Part shown: positions 48,874 to 60,171 of the stretch, piece by piece
Layout: each line of letters opens with the position of its first letter
Numbering within the stretch: the first letter of the stretch is position 1
NCBI RefSeq assembly: GCF_006345805.1
Contig: NC_043013.1
Location: 40,796,001-40,860,000 of the forward strand
Source: Octopus sinensis
Lineage: Eukaryota
DNA: 64,000 bases
Reading direction: 5' to 3'
Notes under the pieces: generated by a model
Seen by the model: only the letters and a program-made list of their open reading frames with translations
Databases searched by the model: none
What the model was told of the DNA's origin: nothing
Program-made: the position numbers and the translations under genes

Positions 48874-49045
48874 CATATATACGACAGGCTTCTTTCAGTT
48901 TCCGTCTACCAAATCCACTCACAAGGCATTGGTCGGCCCGGGGCTATAGCAGAAGACATTTGCCCAAGATGCCACGCAGTGGGACTGAACCCGGAACCAT
49001 GTGGTTGGTTAGCAAGCTACTTACCGCACAGCCACTCCTGCGCCT
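48645..49045 (-). mobile_element. SINE family A, young copy
   Basis: Nearly identical in reverse to 54924-55320; CpGs retained. Confidence 0.9.
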
Positions 49046-49475
49046 ATAAATATGGATGAATTTTCTGTCTCAAAAGATTGCAAAACATGTCAAGGAGCAC
49101 AGAAATGCTTTAGCAGTGGATTGGAAGCAAAGGATAACATCAGCAAGGCCACTGTTTAAAATCAGCCAACATATGTATCCTCATTGTCCTTTAACATCCA
49201 TTGTCCATGCTGGCACGAGTTGGATGGTTTGCACCAGAGCTGCATCAGGGTCCAGTCTGATTTGGCTTGGTTCCTACAGCTGGATGCCCTTCCTAATGCC
49301 AACCACTTTACAGAGTGTGCTGGGCACTTTCTACATGGCAACAGAATGAGTACTTTTTACGTGGCACCGGCACAGGGCTCTTGCAACTCAATCTTCTCCA
49401 TCAGCGGGACTGGCCATGTATAGATGTAACCATTATAAACACACTCACATAAATACACGCACACACACTCTAGAC

Positions 49476-49694
49476 CAGCGGTTTTCAACCAGGGTTCCGT
49501 GGAACCTTAGGGTTCCGCCAGTACAGTCCATGGGTTCTGCAAGAAGTTACAAAACTGCTAAAATCAGCAGTAATTTTTAATTCTCCTGTGCAGATATGTA
49601 TGCATAAGACTATTAAATTATTGCACAGGGGTTCCTCGAACCAGTGGAATGTTTCCTTGGGGTTCTGCACCAGCAAAAAGTTTGAAAAGCACTG
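49476..49694. mobile_element. hAT (Charlie-type) MITE
   Basis: TIR CAGCGGTTTTCAA / TTGAAAAGCACTG; exact TSD CTCTAGAC (49468-49475, 49695-49702), the nTCTAGAn target of Charlie elements. Confidence 0.9.
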
Positions 49695-49864
49695 CTCTAG
49701 ACATTAGGCAAACTTTTTACAGTTTCCATTTAACAAAACTAGCAAAAACGCTCACAAGGCTTTGATACATAACACAAATAAGATTTTATTATTCAGATTT
49801 TTATCTATGTTATTGTGCTTCATTTTAATAAAACTGGGTGTTCAAAACTTTGCTGCTGAATACT

Positions 49865-50024
49865 GCGGCTGTGTGTTAAGAAGCTTTCTTCTCAACCACA
49901 TGGTTCCAGGTTCAGTCCCATTGCATGGCACCTGGGGAAAGTGTTTTCTACTATAGCCTTGGACCAACCAAAGCCTTGTGAGTATATTTTGTAGGTGAAA
50001 ACTGAAAGAAGCCTGTCGTGTGTA

Positions 50025-50075
<51 letters not shown>

Positions 50076-50302
50076 ATATTTCTATGTATGTGTCTCTGTG
50101 TTTATGTTTGTTCCCCCATCACCACTTGATAACTGGTGTTGGTGTGTTTACATCTATGTAATTTAGGGGTGCAGCCTAAGAGACTGATAGAATAAATACT
50201 AGGCTTAAGAAATAAGTCCTGAGGTTGACTTGTTTGACTAAAACCTTTCAAGGCACTGATCCAGCATGGCTGCAGTCAAATTACTGAAACAAATAAAAGA
50301 AA
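49865..50302 (+). mobile_element. SINE family A, full length
   Basis: Family A motifs. Confidence 0.85.
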
Positions 50303-50324
50303 AAAGGGAATAGAAGAATATATA

Positions 50325-50365
<41 letters not shown>

Positions 50366-50800
50366 TATATACATATATATCATGTGTGCGCGCACACACA
50401 CGCACACACACTCCAAACTTTAACCTTGATTTTGGTGAAAAAAGGAGGGAGTTTTATGTGAAGCTTTGTGATACTTTAAAAATCAGGGAGATTGTGTAGG
50501 TGTACTTAAAATGTAAAATACTTCTTTTAGATAAATAAAAAGCCATAAAGAAGCTTACAATGGTGTTCTGACAGGTATTGTACCATGGACAGTCTCTCTA
50601 TTCAGTTCAGGATTTGGTTGCCAAGCATGATTACAGGTACTTTCACTACCATCAGTTTGTCATACACAAAGTTCACCACGAGGTAAGTTTACCAAGAAAA
50701 TATAGCCATAATATCTCGCAATAAAATAGTTAAAAACAATTTTATTGCAAAAAAAAGAAAAAAAAAACAGCGAATCGACGAGGGTGAACTTTCTGTGTGG

Positions 50801-51032
50801 TATAATATAATAATGAAATTATTGTATACAGTGCTCAGGTGCACCACAACTTGTCAATAGTAAGTATAAAGCATATGCAGTAATGTACAAATGTCTGGAA
50901 AGAGAACAGTGTATGAGTCAGATACATGCTTGTGCGTGTGTATGGAGGGGAGGAAATCAGGTGTAGTGTTGGCAAATCTCAGGAAGCATGGAAGTTTTGA
51001 AGGATGCAGTGCTCTGACAACTAACAACTGGT
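50801..51032 (-). mobile_element. CR1/L2-like LINE 3' end
   Basis: Minus frame PVVSCQSTASFKTSMLPEICQHYT* resembles the CR1-group C-terminal LP..VV...S..SFK motif; short UTR and (ATT)-like tail. Confidence 0.6.
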
Positions 51033-51034
51033 GC

Positions 51035-51575
51035 CAAACTGCTAACTTACAGGGGACATAAACATACTGGCATTAGTTGTCAAACAATGGTGGGGGGAAA
51101 AACACAGACACAAATACATACATACACACACACACATATATATATATATATTATATATATATATATATATATAATATATATATATATATAGGATGGACTT
51201 CTTTCAGTTTCTTATTTCTTTACTGCCCACATGGGGCTACACACAGAGGGGACAAACAAACGAATTAAGTTGATTATATCAACCCCAGTGCATAACTGGT
51301 ACTTATTTAATCGACCCTGAAAAGATGAAAGGCAAAGTTGACCACAGCGGAATTTGAACTCAGAACGTAGCAGCAGACAAAATACTAAGCATTTCACCTG
51401 GCGTGCTAACGTTTCTGCCAGCTCACCACCTTCTTTCAGTTTCTGACTACCAGATCCATTCACAAGACGCCGATCAGCCCGATACTATAGTAGAAGACAC
51501 TTGCCCAAGGTAGCACACAGTGGGACTGAACCTGGAACCATGTGGTTGGGAAGCAAGCTTCTTACCACACAGCTA
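51035..51575 (-). mobile_element. SINE family A interrupted by a family B copy (~51225-51432)
   Basis: Family A motifs on both sides of a reverse family B copy (AATTTGAACTCAGAACGTAG..GCTAACGTTTCTGCCAGCTCACC). Confidence 0.7.
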
Positions 51576-52088
51576 TGTCTTTTATTTGTTTCAATCATAG
51601 ACTGTGGCCATGCTGGGACACCACTTCGAAGAACTTTAGTTAAACAAATCAACCTTAGTATTTATTTTCTAAGCCTGCTACTTGTTCTATTGATCAATTT
51701 TACCAATTTGCCCAACTACTAACTTATGTGAACATAGACACATCAGCACCAGTTGTGAAGCAATGATGGGGGACAAACACACGCATTACAAACATATATA
51801 TGATGTGCTTCTACCAAATACACTCATGAGGTTTTGGTTGGCCTTGGGCTACAGTAGAAGACACTTGCCCAAGGTGCAATACGTCAGGACTGAACCTGAA
51901 ACCTGTGGATAAGAAGGGACATATATGTATTGAATAGAATTCCTTGTGGCATTTATTCTGTCATTCTGTACATTGTCTTAATTCCACAGAGCTTAATTTC
52001 CCCTTTCATCTTTGCTAGGTCAGGCAATAAGTAGGGTATCAATCCTGTACAAGTGCAGCCCCCTCTCTGTCTCGCTGTCACATCTTAA

Positions 52089-53124
52089 CCCTTTAGCATT
52101 TAGATTTCTTTGTCAAATCATCATCATCATCTACCATCTGTTGTCCATGTTAGCATGGTTTGGATGGTATGACCAGAGCTGGCAGGCGGGAGTGGGGTGG
52201 GTATGCTCCAGTCTGATTTGGCACGGTGTCTATGGCTGAATGTCCTTCCTAATGCCAACCATTTTACAGAGCGTGATGGGTTCGTTTACATGGCACTGCA
52301 CAGGTGCATTCATGTGATGTCGCATGGGTACCTATACGCTTCACTGCATGGGCACTTTTACGTGGTACTGCAAGAGTGCTTTACACCACCACAAAGGTCA
52401 GTCTTAACACTTTTGCTGCAAGGTACGAGTCTTCTTGAGTACAGCCAGGCACCAAGTATCTTGATCCTTTATCATCTCACCTGAAATGTCCAGCTTCCTG
52501 AAATCATTGTTCAGTACTTCATCCTATGTCTTCCTGGGTCTCCCATTCCCGTGTGTTCTGAGAGGTCAGCACTTTTTATGCAGCTGTTGGCAAATGTAAT
52601 GCTTATTTATTTGTATTATTTTGAATTAATCATATATTCTCTTGTATCTTCAAGACTTCACTGATATTCTTTTACTTGTTTCGGTCATTTTGAGTGTGGC
52701 CATGCTGGAGCACTACTGTTTGGTTGAAGAAATCGACCCTTGGACTTAGTCTTTGTAAGCTTAGTACTTTTTCTTTTGCTGAACCACTAAGTTACGAGAA
52801 CATAAACACACCAAAATCAGTTGTCAAGCAATGGTAGAAGGACAAACATAGATACACACACACACACATATATATATGACAGGCTTCTTTCAGTTTCCGT
52901 CTACCAAATCCACTCACAAGGCTTTGGTCGGCCCGAGGCTATAGTAGAAGACACTAGTCCAACGTGCCACACAGTAGAACTGAACCTGGAACCATGTGGG
53001 TGATGCGTTTGCATATATTTAGAATGACATTGTTGGGTAGGTGTGAGAGGCTGAATCTGGTCAGTGTTAGCATGAAATAGGTAGACTATTTCGGCCAGAT
53101 GTAGCTTGAATAAATGCTAAAAGG
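52089..53124. mobile_element. piggyBac-like MITE split by two nested retroposons
   Basis: TTAA|CCCTTTAGCATT...AATGCTAAAAGG|TTAA; remaining pieces collinear with 1629-1847; inserts ~52119-52595 (family E, CAAAT duplicated) and ~52668-53000 (family A). Confidence 0.75.
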
Positions 53125-53483
53125 TTAAATACTCCATTTGATCAATAAGTCACAGGGCTGACAGGCTATCTGTGTTTGCTTCAAACAACATGATCACCTA
53201 AAACAATAAAGGAAGGGATGGCCACCCTTAAATATGCTGACAAGTCCATAGTTTTATTTTTAACTCTTTCATCACCATGTTTCTAATGAAACACATTGTC
53301 TGTCTGTTTTCAATTAATCAAGGAATTTGGAATAATTTAGTAAACCTTTCTTCTTACTAATATGGTCTTTGGAACATAACATATGTGTGTGTATATATAC
53401 ATGTGCGCGTTTATGTATGTGTGTAATTCAATTTTAAACTATTCTAAAGTTTGAAAATAATATTGACTATTCCATATAACATA

Positions 53484-54404
53484 TTGGGTCATCCCATAAA
53501 TAATGCGTTTTTTTTCCAATTGCATGAACTAAAAGTCAGAGGAGGATGGGATAAACTATCTGCATCAACTTGCTATAAAAGCAGGTAGTAATTTTACTGT
53601 ATACTTATTCTTAGTACAAGTTTTGAGGAGTGCAATTCGATTTTAACAGTTATTTTTTTAGTACTATAATCGAAGTGACAAAGGATTATATTCCGCATAT
53701 TTTGCATTATGAGTTCAATAAAAGTAACAATGCGATGGAAAGTGCAAGGAATATTAATGCAGTATTTGGGGATTGGACAATATGTGTCAACGGTGGTTCC
53801 AGACATTCCAAGCTAGAAACTACAGCCTAGAAGACAAGCCTTGTCCTGAAAGATCTGTAGAACTTGACAAGGACATCCTGCAAAACCTGGTGCAACAAAA
53901 TTCCATTGTAACTGTTGAGGAACTAGCAGAGAAGCTTGGATTTGGTCATTCGGCCATTCATTGATACCAGCGTTAGAAGAAAAGCGACCATCTCTGGTTT
54001 CAAGACAAAAGGTGTTCTTCTATCAGGACAATGCTCGGCCACATACAGTGAAGATGGCATTCCAAAGGCTGAAGCAGTTTGAATGGGAAGCAATGTCTCG
54101 CCCATCATATTCACTGGACATTGCCCCATCTGGTTATCATTTACTCTGCAGTCTTCAAAATCACTTGGATAGAAAAGATATGAATTCTGTAGACGAAGTC
54201 AGAACAGTACTGGAGAAGTATTTTTCGTTATGGACAAGTAAATTTTGGAAGAGGGGGGCTTGCAAGTCTACCAGATAGATAGAAGAGCATTGTAGAAAAT
54301 GAAGGAGAATATACTTTAGGTTAAAAAAAGAACTTTGTTTATCTTACTTTTGAAAAATAAAGGAAGTATAAAAAAAAAAATGCATTATTTATGGAATGAC
54401 CCAA
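53484..54404 (+). mobile_element. Internally deleted mariner (~920 bp), copy 2
   Basis: TA|TTGGGTCATCCCATAAATAATGC / GCATTATTTATGGAATGACCCAA|TA; QDNARPH, PSYSLDIAPSGYHLL. Confidence 0.92.
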
Positions 54405-54608
54405 TACAATGTGAGTGCTTATATGCTTATGCAAACATACTTACTTACATACATCCATACATGCATATGGTGGTAAGATTTGCTTCCCAACCACAGTTTC
54501 AGGTTCAGTTCCACTGCAGGGCACTGTAGACAAGTGTCTCCTACTATAGTCTCATACCAACCAAGGCCCTGTGAGTGTATATAGTTGATGGAAACTGAAA
54601 GAAGTCTG

Positions 54609-54653
<45 letters not shown>

Positions 54654-54681
54654 CATATATATATATATTTATACACATATA

Positions 54682-54906
54682 CAGTAATCCCTTGACTATT
54701 GTGGGTGCTACATTCTAACCCCACCTGCTGATAGGCGAAAATCTGTGAAGTAGAAACAGTACTGTACTGTATATTTCTTTTTTATTATTTTTATAATTTG
54801 TATATATTTATTTTATTATAAATGCAAGACACCACGATGTAGGAATCAGTGTAAGCTTAAATAATAAACCACAATAGGTGAACCGTAATATGGCAAGGGA
54901 TTACTG
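54682..54906. mobile_element. Tigger/pogo-like MITE (copy 2)
   Basis: TA|CAGTAATCCCTTGACTAT...GGCAAGGGATTACTG|TA. Confidence 0.85.
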
Positions 54907-54923
54907 TATGTATATGTATATAT

Positions 54924-55320
54924 AGCGCAGGAGTGACTGTGTGGTAAGTAGCTTGCTAACCAACCACATGGTTCCGGGTTCAGTCCCACTGCGTGGCATC
55001 TTGGGCAAGTGTCTTCTGCTATAGCCCCAGGCCGACCAATGCCTTGTGAGTGGATTTGGTAGGCGGAAACTGAAAGAAGCCTGTCGTATATATGTATATA
55101 TATGTATGTGTGTTGTTTGTGTGTCTGTGTTTGTCCCCCTAGCATTGCTTGACAACCGATGCTGGTGTGTTTACGTCCCCGTCACTTAGCGGTTCGGCAA
55201 AAAGAGACCGATAGAATAAGTACTGGGCTTACAAAGAATAAGTCCCGGGGGCGATTTGCTTGACTAAAGGCGGTGCTCCAGCATGGCCGCAGTCAAATGA
55301 CTGAAACAAGTAAAAGAAAA
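54924..55320 (+). mobile_element. SINE family A, young full-length copy
   Basis: A box TGACTGTGTGG, B box GGTTCAGTCC, tail GACTGAAACAAGTAAAAG. Confidence 0.92.
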
Positions 55321-56449
55321 AAAAATATATATATATGGGGGGGGGGGTTTGCGTCTCTTTGTACTGACATTGTGTGTTCAGTGTTAATGTGTCTCACTGT
55401 CTTACAAGCAGTTTCCTTCTTTTCAAATCTGCTGTGAAAACATGTCTGGTCATGGGGAAACATTATTTTGCCTGGAAACAGGTTAGCAACAAGAAGAGAA
55501 TCCATCCAGTCATAGAAAAATCTGCCACAATAAACTCCATCCAACTCATGCAAGCATGGAAAAGTGGACGTTAAAATGATGATGATGATGATATACACAG
55601 AGAAAAAAGACACAAACAAAAAAAATCAAGAAATATAAACCCAAAATACATAATGTAATATAAATGTAACATGAATGACATTTTTTCTAACTTGCTGCAT
55701 TTTTTTGTTGATAATCAGGTACACGAAAGAGAAAAAACCCTACATAAGAAATTTGTATAAATTATAACAAAAGTTATTGTTTCATTTATCACTGACTGAA
55801 CCTGTTGAGCAAGTAACTCTGATATTAAACGAGGAACAGAGGCTCTTCTGTTCTGTTGTTCCATTCTTACAGATAGTTATCAAAATCCTGGTTGAGTACA
55901 AACTTACTTCATGTAGTTTAAAGTGGGTTGATGAATGAGTAAGACAGGCAGGCGTATAATGCAGTGAATGGGTTTGCAAATAACTTGGGTTAATAATAGA
56001 AAACAGATAAAGGATCACACATGCATGTGCACGTGTGCATGTATCTTAGAGCTTGAATGCATTATAACAAAAGAGTAAATAGTCTAGCTTAGGCAAAGAT
56101 AAAAAGTAGCATGACTCAAGAATGTATGAGTGTAAATCTGTGTGCGTGTGTGTGGTGTATGCATGTGAATGTGTGTGTGTGCAACACATTTTATTTATGT
56201 ATGTATTATTATGTGTAAGTCTACACATGAACATGAGAAAAAAAAAACTGTTATCCTATAGATTAGATTCAGCCAGTTGTAAACATTTAAAGCATATTTA
56301 AGTAGACATGTAGACTATGTAGATTTTACTATATTTATCCATCTATGTATGTATGTATCTACCTACCTACCTATCTATCTATATATATATATATACACAC
56401 ACACAAATGTGTGTGTATGCATATATATATATGTGTTAGAGAGTTAGAG

Positions 56450-58412
56450 AGTTAGTTTAGATGAGATGCAGTTTGGGTTTGTGCCAGGGAAAAGTACTAC
56501 TGATGCTATATTCCTGGTAAGGCAGCTGCAGGAGAAATACCTAGCCAAAGATAAGCCCCTGTACCTGGCTTTTGTTGACATGGAGAAGCCTTCGACAGGG
56601 TCCCCCGATCCCTTATCTGGTGGGCAATGAGAGAAAACTGGATAGATGAATGGTTAGTGAGAGCTGTGCGGGCCATGTATAGGGACGCCGCTAGTAGGGT
56701 GAGGGGGTTGGAAATGAGTACAGTGAAGAATTCCGGGTAGAGGTAGGGGTCCACCAAGGCTCAGTACTCAGCCCCCTCCTATTTATCATAGTCCTCCAGG
56801 CAATAACGGAGGAATTCAAGACAGGATGCCTTGGGAGCTCCTCTATGCTGATGACCTTGCTCTAATTGCTGAGTCGCTATCAGAACTGGAGGAGAAGTTT
56901 CAGGTGTGGAAACAAGGATTAGAATCGAAGGGCCTCAGAGTCAATCTAGCTAAAACCAAAGTCGTAATCAGTAGGAAGGTAGACAAATCACAAACACCTT
57001 CAGGTAGATGGCCCTGCTCGATCTGTAGAAAAGGTGAGGTAGTAGAAACTCTATAAGATGCACCAAGTGTAAGCTATGGACACATAAGAGATGCAGCAAT
57101 GTCAAAGGAAGGCTAACTAGGAAGATGGTTTTTGTATGTGGCAGATGCTCAGGAACAATAAACACTGAAAATGCTCTGAGACCAACTTCCGTCACTTTCC
57201 TGGGAGGAAAAACTAGAAATAGTTGATAGTTTCCGTTACCTAGGTGACCAAGTCAGCAGCGGGGGTGGGTGTGCTGAAAGTGTAACTGCTAGAGTAAGAA
57301 TAGCTTGGGCAAAGTTCAGAGAGCTCTTACCTCTGCTGGTGACAAAAGGCCTCTCGCACAGAGTGAAAGGCAGACTGTATGATGCGTGTGTACGAACAGC
57401 CATGCTACATGGCAGTGAAACATGGGCCGTGACTGCTGAGGATATGCGTAAGCTCGCTAGAAATGAAGCAGTAGTATGCTCCGATGGATGTGTAATGCCG
57501 GTACTCACACTCGGCAGAGTGTAAGTACCTTGAGAGAAAAGCTGGACCTAAGAAGCATCAGTTGTGGTGTGCAAGAGAGACGTTTGCGCTGGTATGGTCA
57601 TGTGGCGAGAATGGATGAAGAATTAGTTGTGTGAAAAAGTGCACACCCTAGCGGTTGAGGGAACCTGGGAAGAGGCAGACCCAGGAAAACCTGGGACGAG
57701 GTGTGAAGCACGACCTTCGAACTTAGGTCTCACTGAGGAAATGACTAGAGACCGAGACTCTGGAAGTGTGCTGTGCGCGAGAAGACCCGGCAGGACAAGT
57801 GAGTCCACAACCCGTGGCCTTCTACATGGGATGGAGCCAGCCTACGTATGCATACCTTCCTTCTTGGGACACAAAACTCTACTTGTGAAGACGTGTTGAG
57901 GAAAGTGAGGATCAGAATCGAAATCGATCAATGGAAATTGCGGATGTGCTACCAGTGCCGGTGGCATGTCGAAACTCTGCTTGTGAAGACCCATTGAGGC
58001 AAGTGAGGATCAGAATCGAAATCGATCAATGGAAATCGATCAATGGAAATTGCAGATGTGTTACCAGTGCCGGTGGCATGTAAGAGAACTTTCCGTTTCG
58101 CGACCGTTGCCAGCACCGCCCCGTTTCGTGTCCGTTGCCAGCCTCGCCTGGCCCTCGTGCCGGTGGCACATAAAAAGCACCATCCGTTCGTGGCCGTTTG
58201 CCAGCTCTGTCTGGCACCAGTGCGGGTGGCACGTAAAAAGCACCCACTACACTCACGGAGTGGTTGGCGTTAGGAAGGGCATCCAGCCGTAGAAACACTG
58301 CCAGATTTGACTGGGCCTGATGAAGCCTTCTGGCTCCACAGACCCCAGTAGAACCGTCCAACCCATGCTAGCATGGAAAACGGACGCTAAATGATGATGA
58401 TGATGATGATGA
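56450..58412 (+). mobile_element. 5'-truncated RTE LINE: frameshifted RT domain, PHD-like insert, 3' UTR, (TGA)n tail
   Basis: QFGFVPGKSTTDAIF, FVDMEKxFDRV, GVHQGSVLSPLLF, LLYADD (TAT at 56844), NLAKTKV, DSFRYLG, RLRWYGHV. Confidence 0.95.
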
Positions 58413-58512
58413 TGTGTGCGTGTGCATATATATAATGTGTGTGTGTGTGTGTGGTGTGTATATATATACACATGTACATATATATATATATATGTATACA
58501 TATGTGTGTGTG

Positions 58513-58547
<35 letters not shown>

Positions 58548-58614
58548 CATACGTATATGTGTGTGTATATATGTATATATATATTATATATAATATATAT
58601 ATATTATATATATA
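58412..58614. repeat. (TG)/(TA) microsatellite
   Basis: Direct reading. Confidence 0.9.
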
Positions 58615-58997
58615 TGGAAAGAGAGATGTCACAAAATTATACATATAGCGACTAGAAATGCTTCTGGGAATTCGATAACACTTGACAGATATGGTGTTTT
58701 TACAATTTTTGCTATAAGAGAGAATTTTTTCCCCTGTGACTTCAGTGAATTTGCCTTCAGAAGTCGAATATATCACACATTTCCACTCACCTAAAGTTCG
58801 CTTATGCTTAAACATTGTTTGGCACTGATACTGCTGAATAATGTGCATATGTGTATATATATATATATATAAGTTTAACAATTAAGATAATCTCTTAATA
58901 AGGGATCTTAACAGAAATTATCGGGTTAGCTAGCGTGAAAACCTCATAAAGAAAGAATCCGAAAATAATTTTTTTCTTTTGACCAATAATTATATCT

Positions 58998-59371
58998 ATA
59001 TTGTATAGAGGGCATTATACACATAAATCCTCACACTAGGAGGGACAAATGTCATTACTACCAAAAATTATACTAATCATACCCAAATGCAGTTTTTCAA
59101 ACAAGACTTTAAAAAGAATTATGTTCTGTATCAATCACCTGATTTCACATACAACTTGCGTCTAATGATCGTCAGCAGAACTGATCAGAATCATTCTGCT
59201 GACGATCATTAGACGCAATTTGTATGTGGAAATCACGGTGATACAGAACATAATTCATTTTTAAATGTCTGCTTTGAAAAACTGCATTTGGGTATGATAG
59301 TATAATTTTTGGTAGTAATAACTTTGTCCCTCCTAGTGTGAGGCATTTATGTGTAATAATCCCTTTATACA

Positions 59372-59375
<4 letters not shown>
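58998..59375. mobile_element. ~375-bp near-perfect palindrome with a hammerhead on each arm (unit 1)
   Basis: ATATTGTATAGAGGGCATT...AATCCCTTTATACAATAT; axis ~59186. Confidence 0.9.
59194..59249 (+). ncRNA. Type-I hammerhead ribozyme motif
   Basis: TTCTG-CTGACGA-TCATTAGACGCAATTTGTATGTG-GAAA-TCACGGTGAT-A-CAGAAC; mirror on minus strand 59123-59181. Confidence 0.65.
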
Positions 59376-59416
<41 letters not shown>

Positions 59417-59797
59417 AAAGAGAGATGTCACAAAATTATACATATAGCGAACTAGAAATGCTTCTGGGAATTCGATAAACTTGACAGATATGGTGTTTTT
59501 ACAATTTTTGTATATAAGAGAGAATTTTTTCTCCACTGTGACTTCAGTGAATTTGCCTTCAGAAGTCGAATATATCACAAACATTTCCACTCACCTAAGT
59601 TCGCTTATGCTTAAACAGTTTGGCACTGATACTGCTGAATATATGTGCATATGTGTGTATATATATATATATAAGTTTAACAATTAAGGATAATCCTTAA
59701 TAAGGGATCTTAACAAGAAATATCGGGTAGCTAGCGTTGAAAACCTCATAAAAGAAAAGAATCCGAAAATAATTTCTTTTGACACAAATTATTATCT

Positions 59798-60171
59798 ATT
59801 GTATAGAGGGCATTATTACACATAAATGCCTCACACTAGGAGGGACAAAGTCATTACTACCAAAAATTATACTAATCATACCCAAATGCAGTTTTCAAAG
59901 CAAGACATTTAAAAATGAATTATGTCTGTATCACCGTGATTTCACATACAACTTGCGTCTAATGATCGTCAGCAGAACTGATTCAGAATCAGTTCTGCTG
60001 ACGATTTAGACGCAAGTTGTATGTGAAATCACGGTGATACAGAACATAATTCCTTTTTAAATGTCTTGCTTTGAAAAACTGCATTTGGGTATGATTAGTA
60101 TAATTTTTGGTAGTAATAACTTGTCCCTCCTAGTGTGAGGCATTTATGTGTAATAATGCCCTTTATACAAT
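59798..60171. mobile_element. ~375-bp near-perfect palindrome with a hammerhead on each arm (unit 2)
   Basis: Axis AGCAGAACTGATTC-A-GAATCAGTTCTGCT at ~59985. Confidence 0.9.
59992..60045 (+). ncRNA. Type-I hammerhead ribozyme motif
   Basis: GTTCTG-CTGACGA-TTTAGACGCAAGTTGTATGT-GAAA-TCACGGTGAT-A-CAGAAC; perfect 6-bp stem I, AUA cleavage triplet; mirror on minus strand 59924-59978. Confidence 0.7.
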
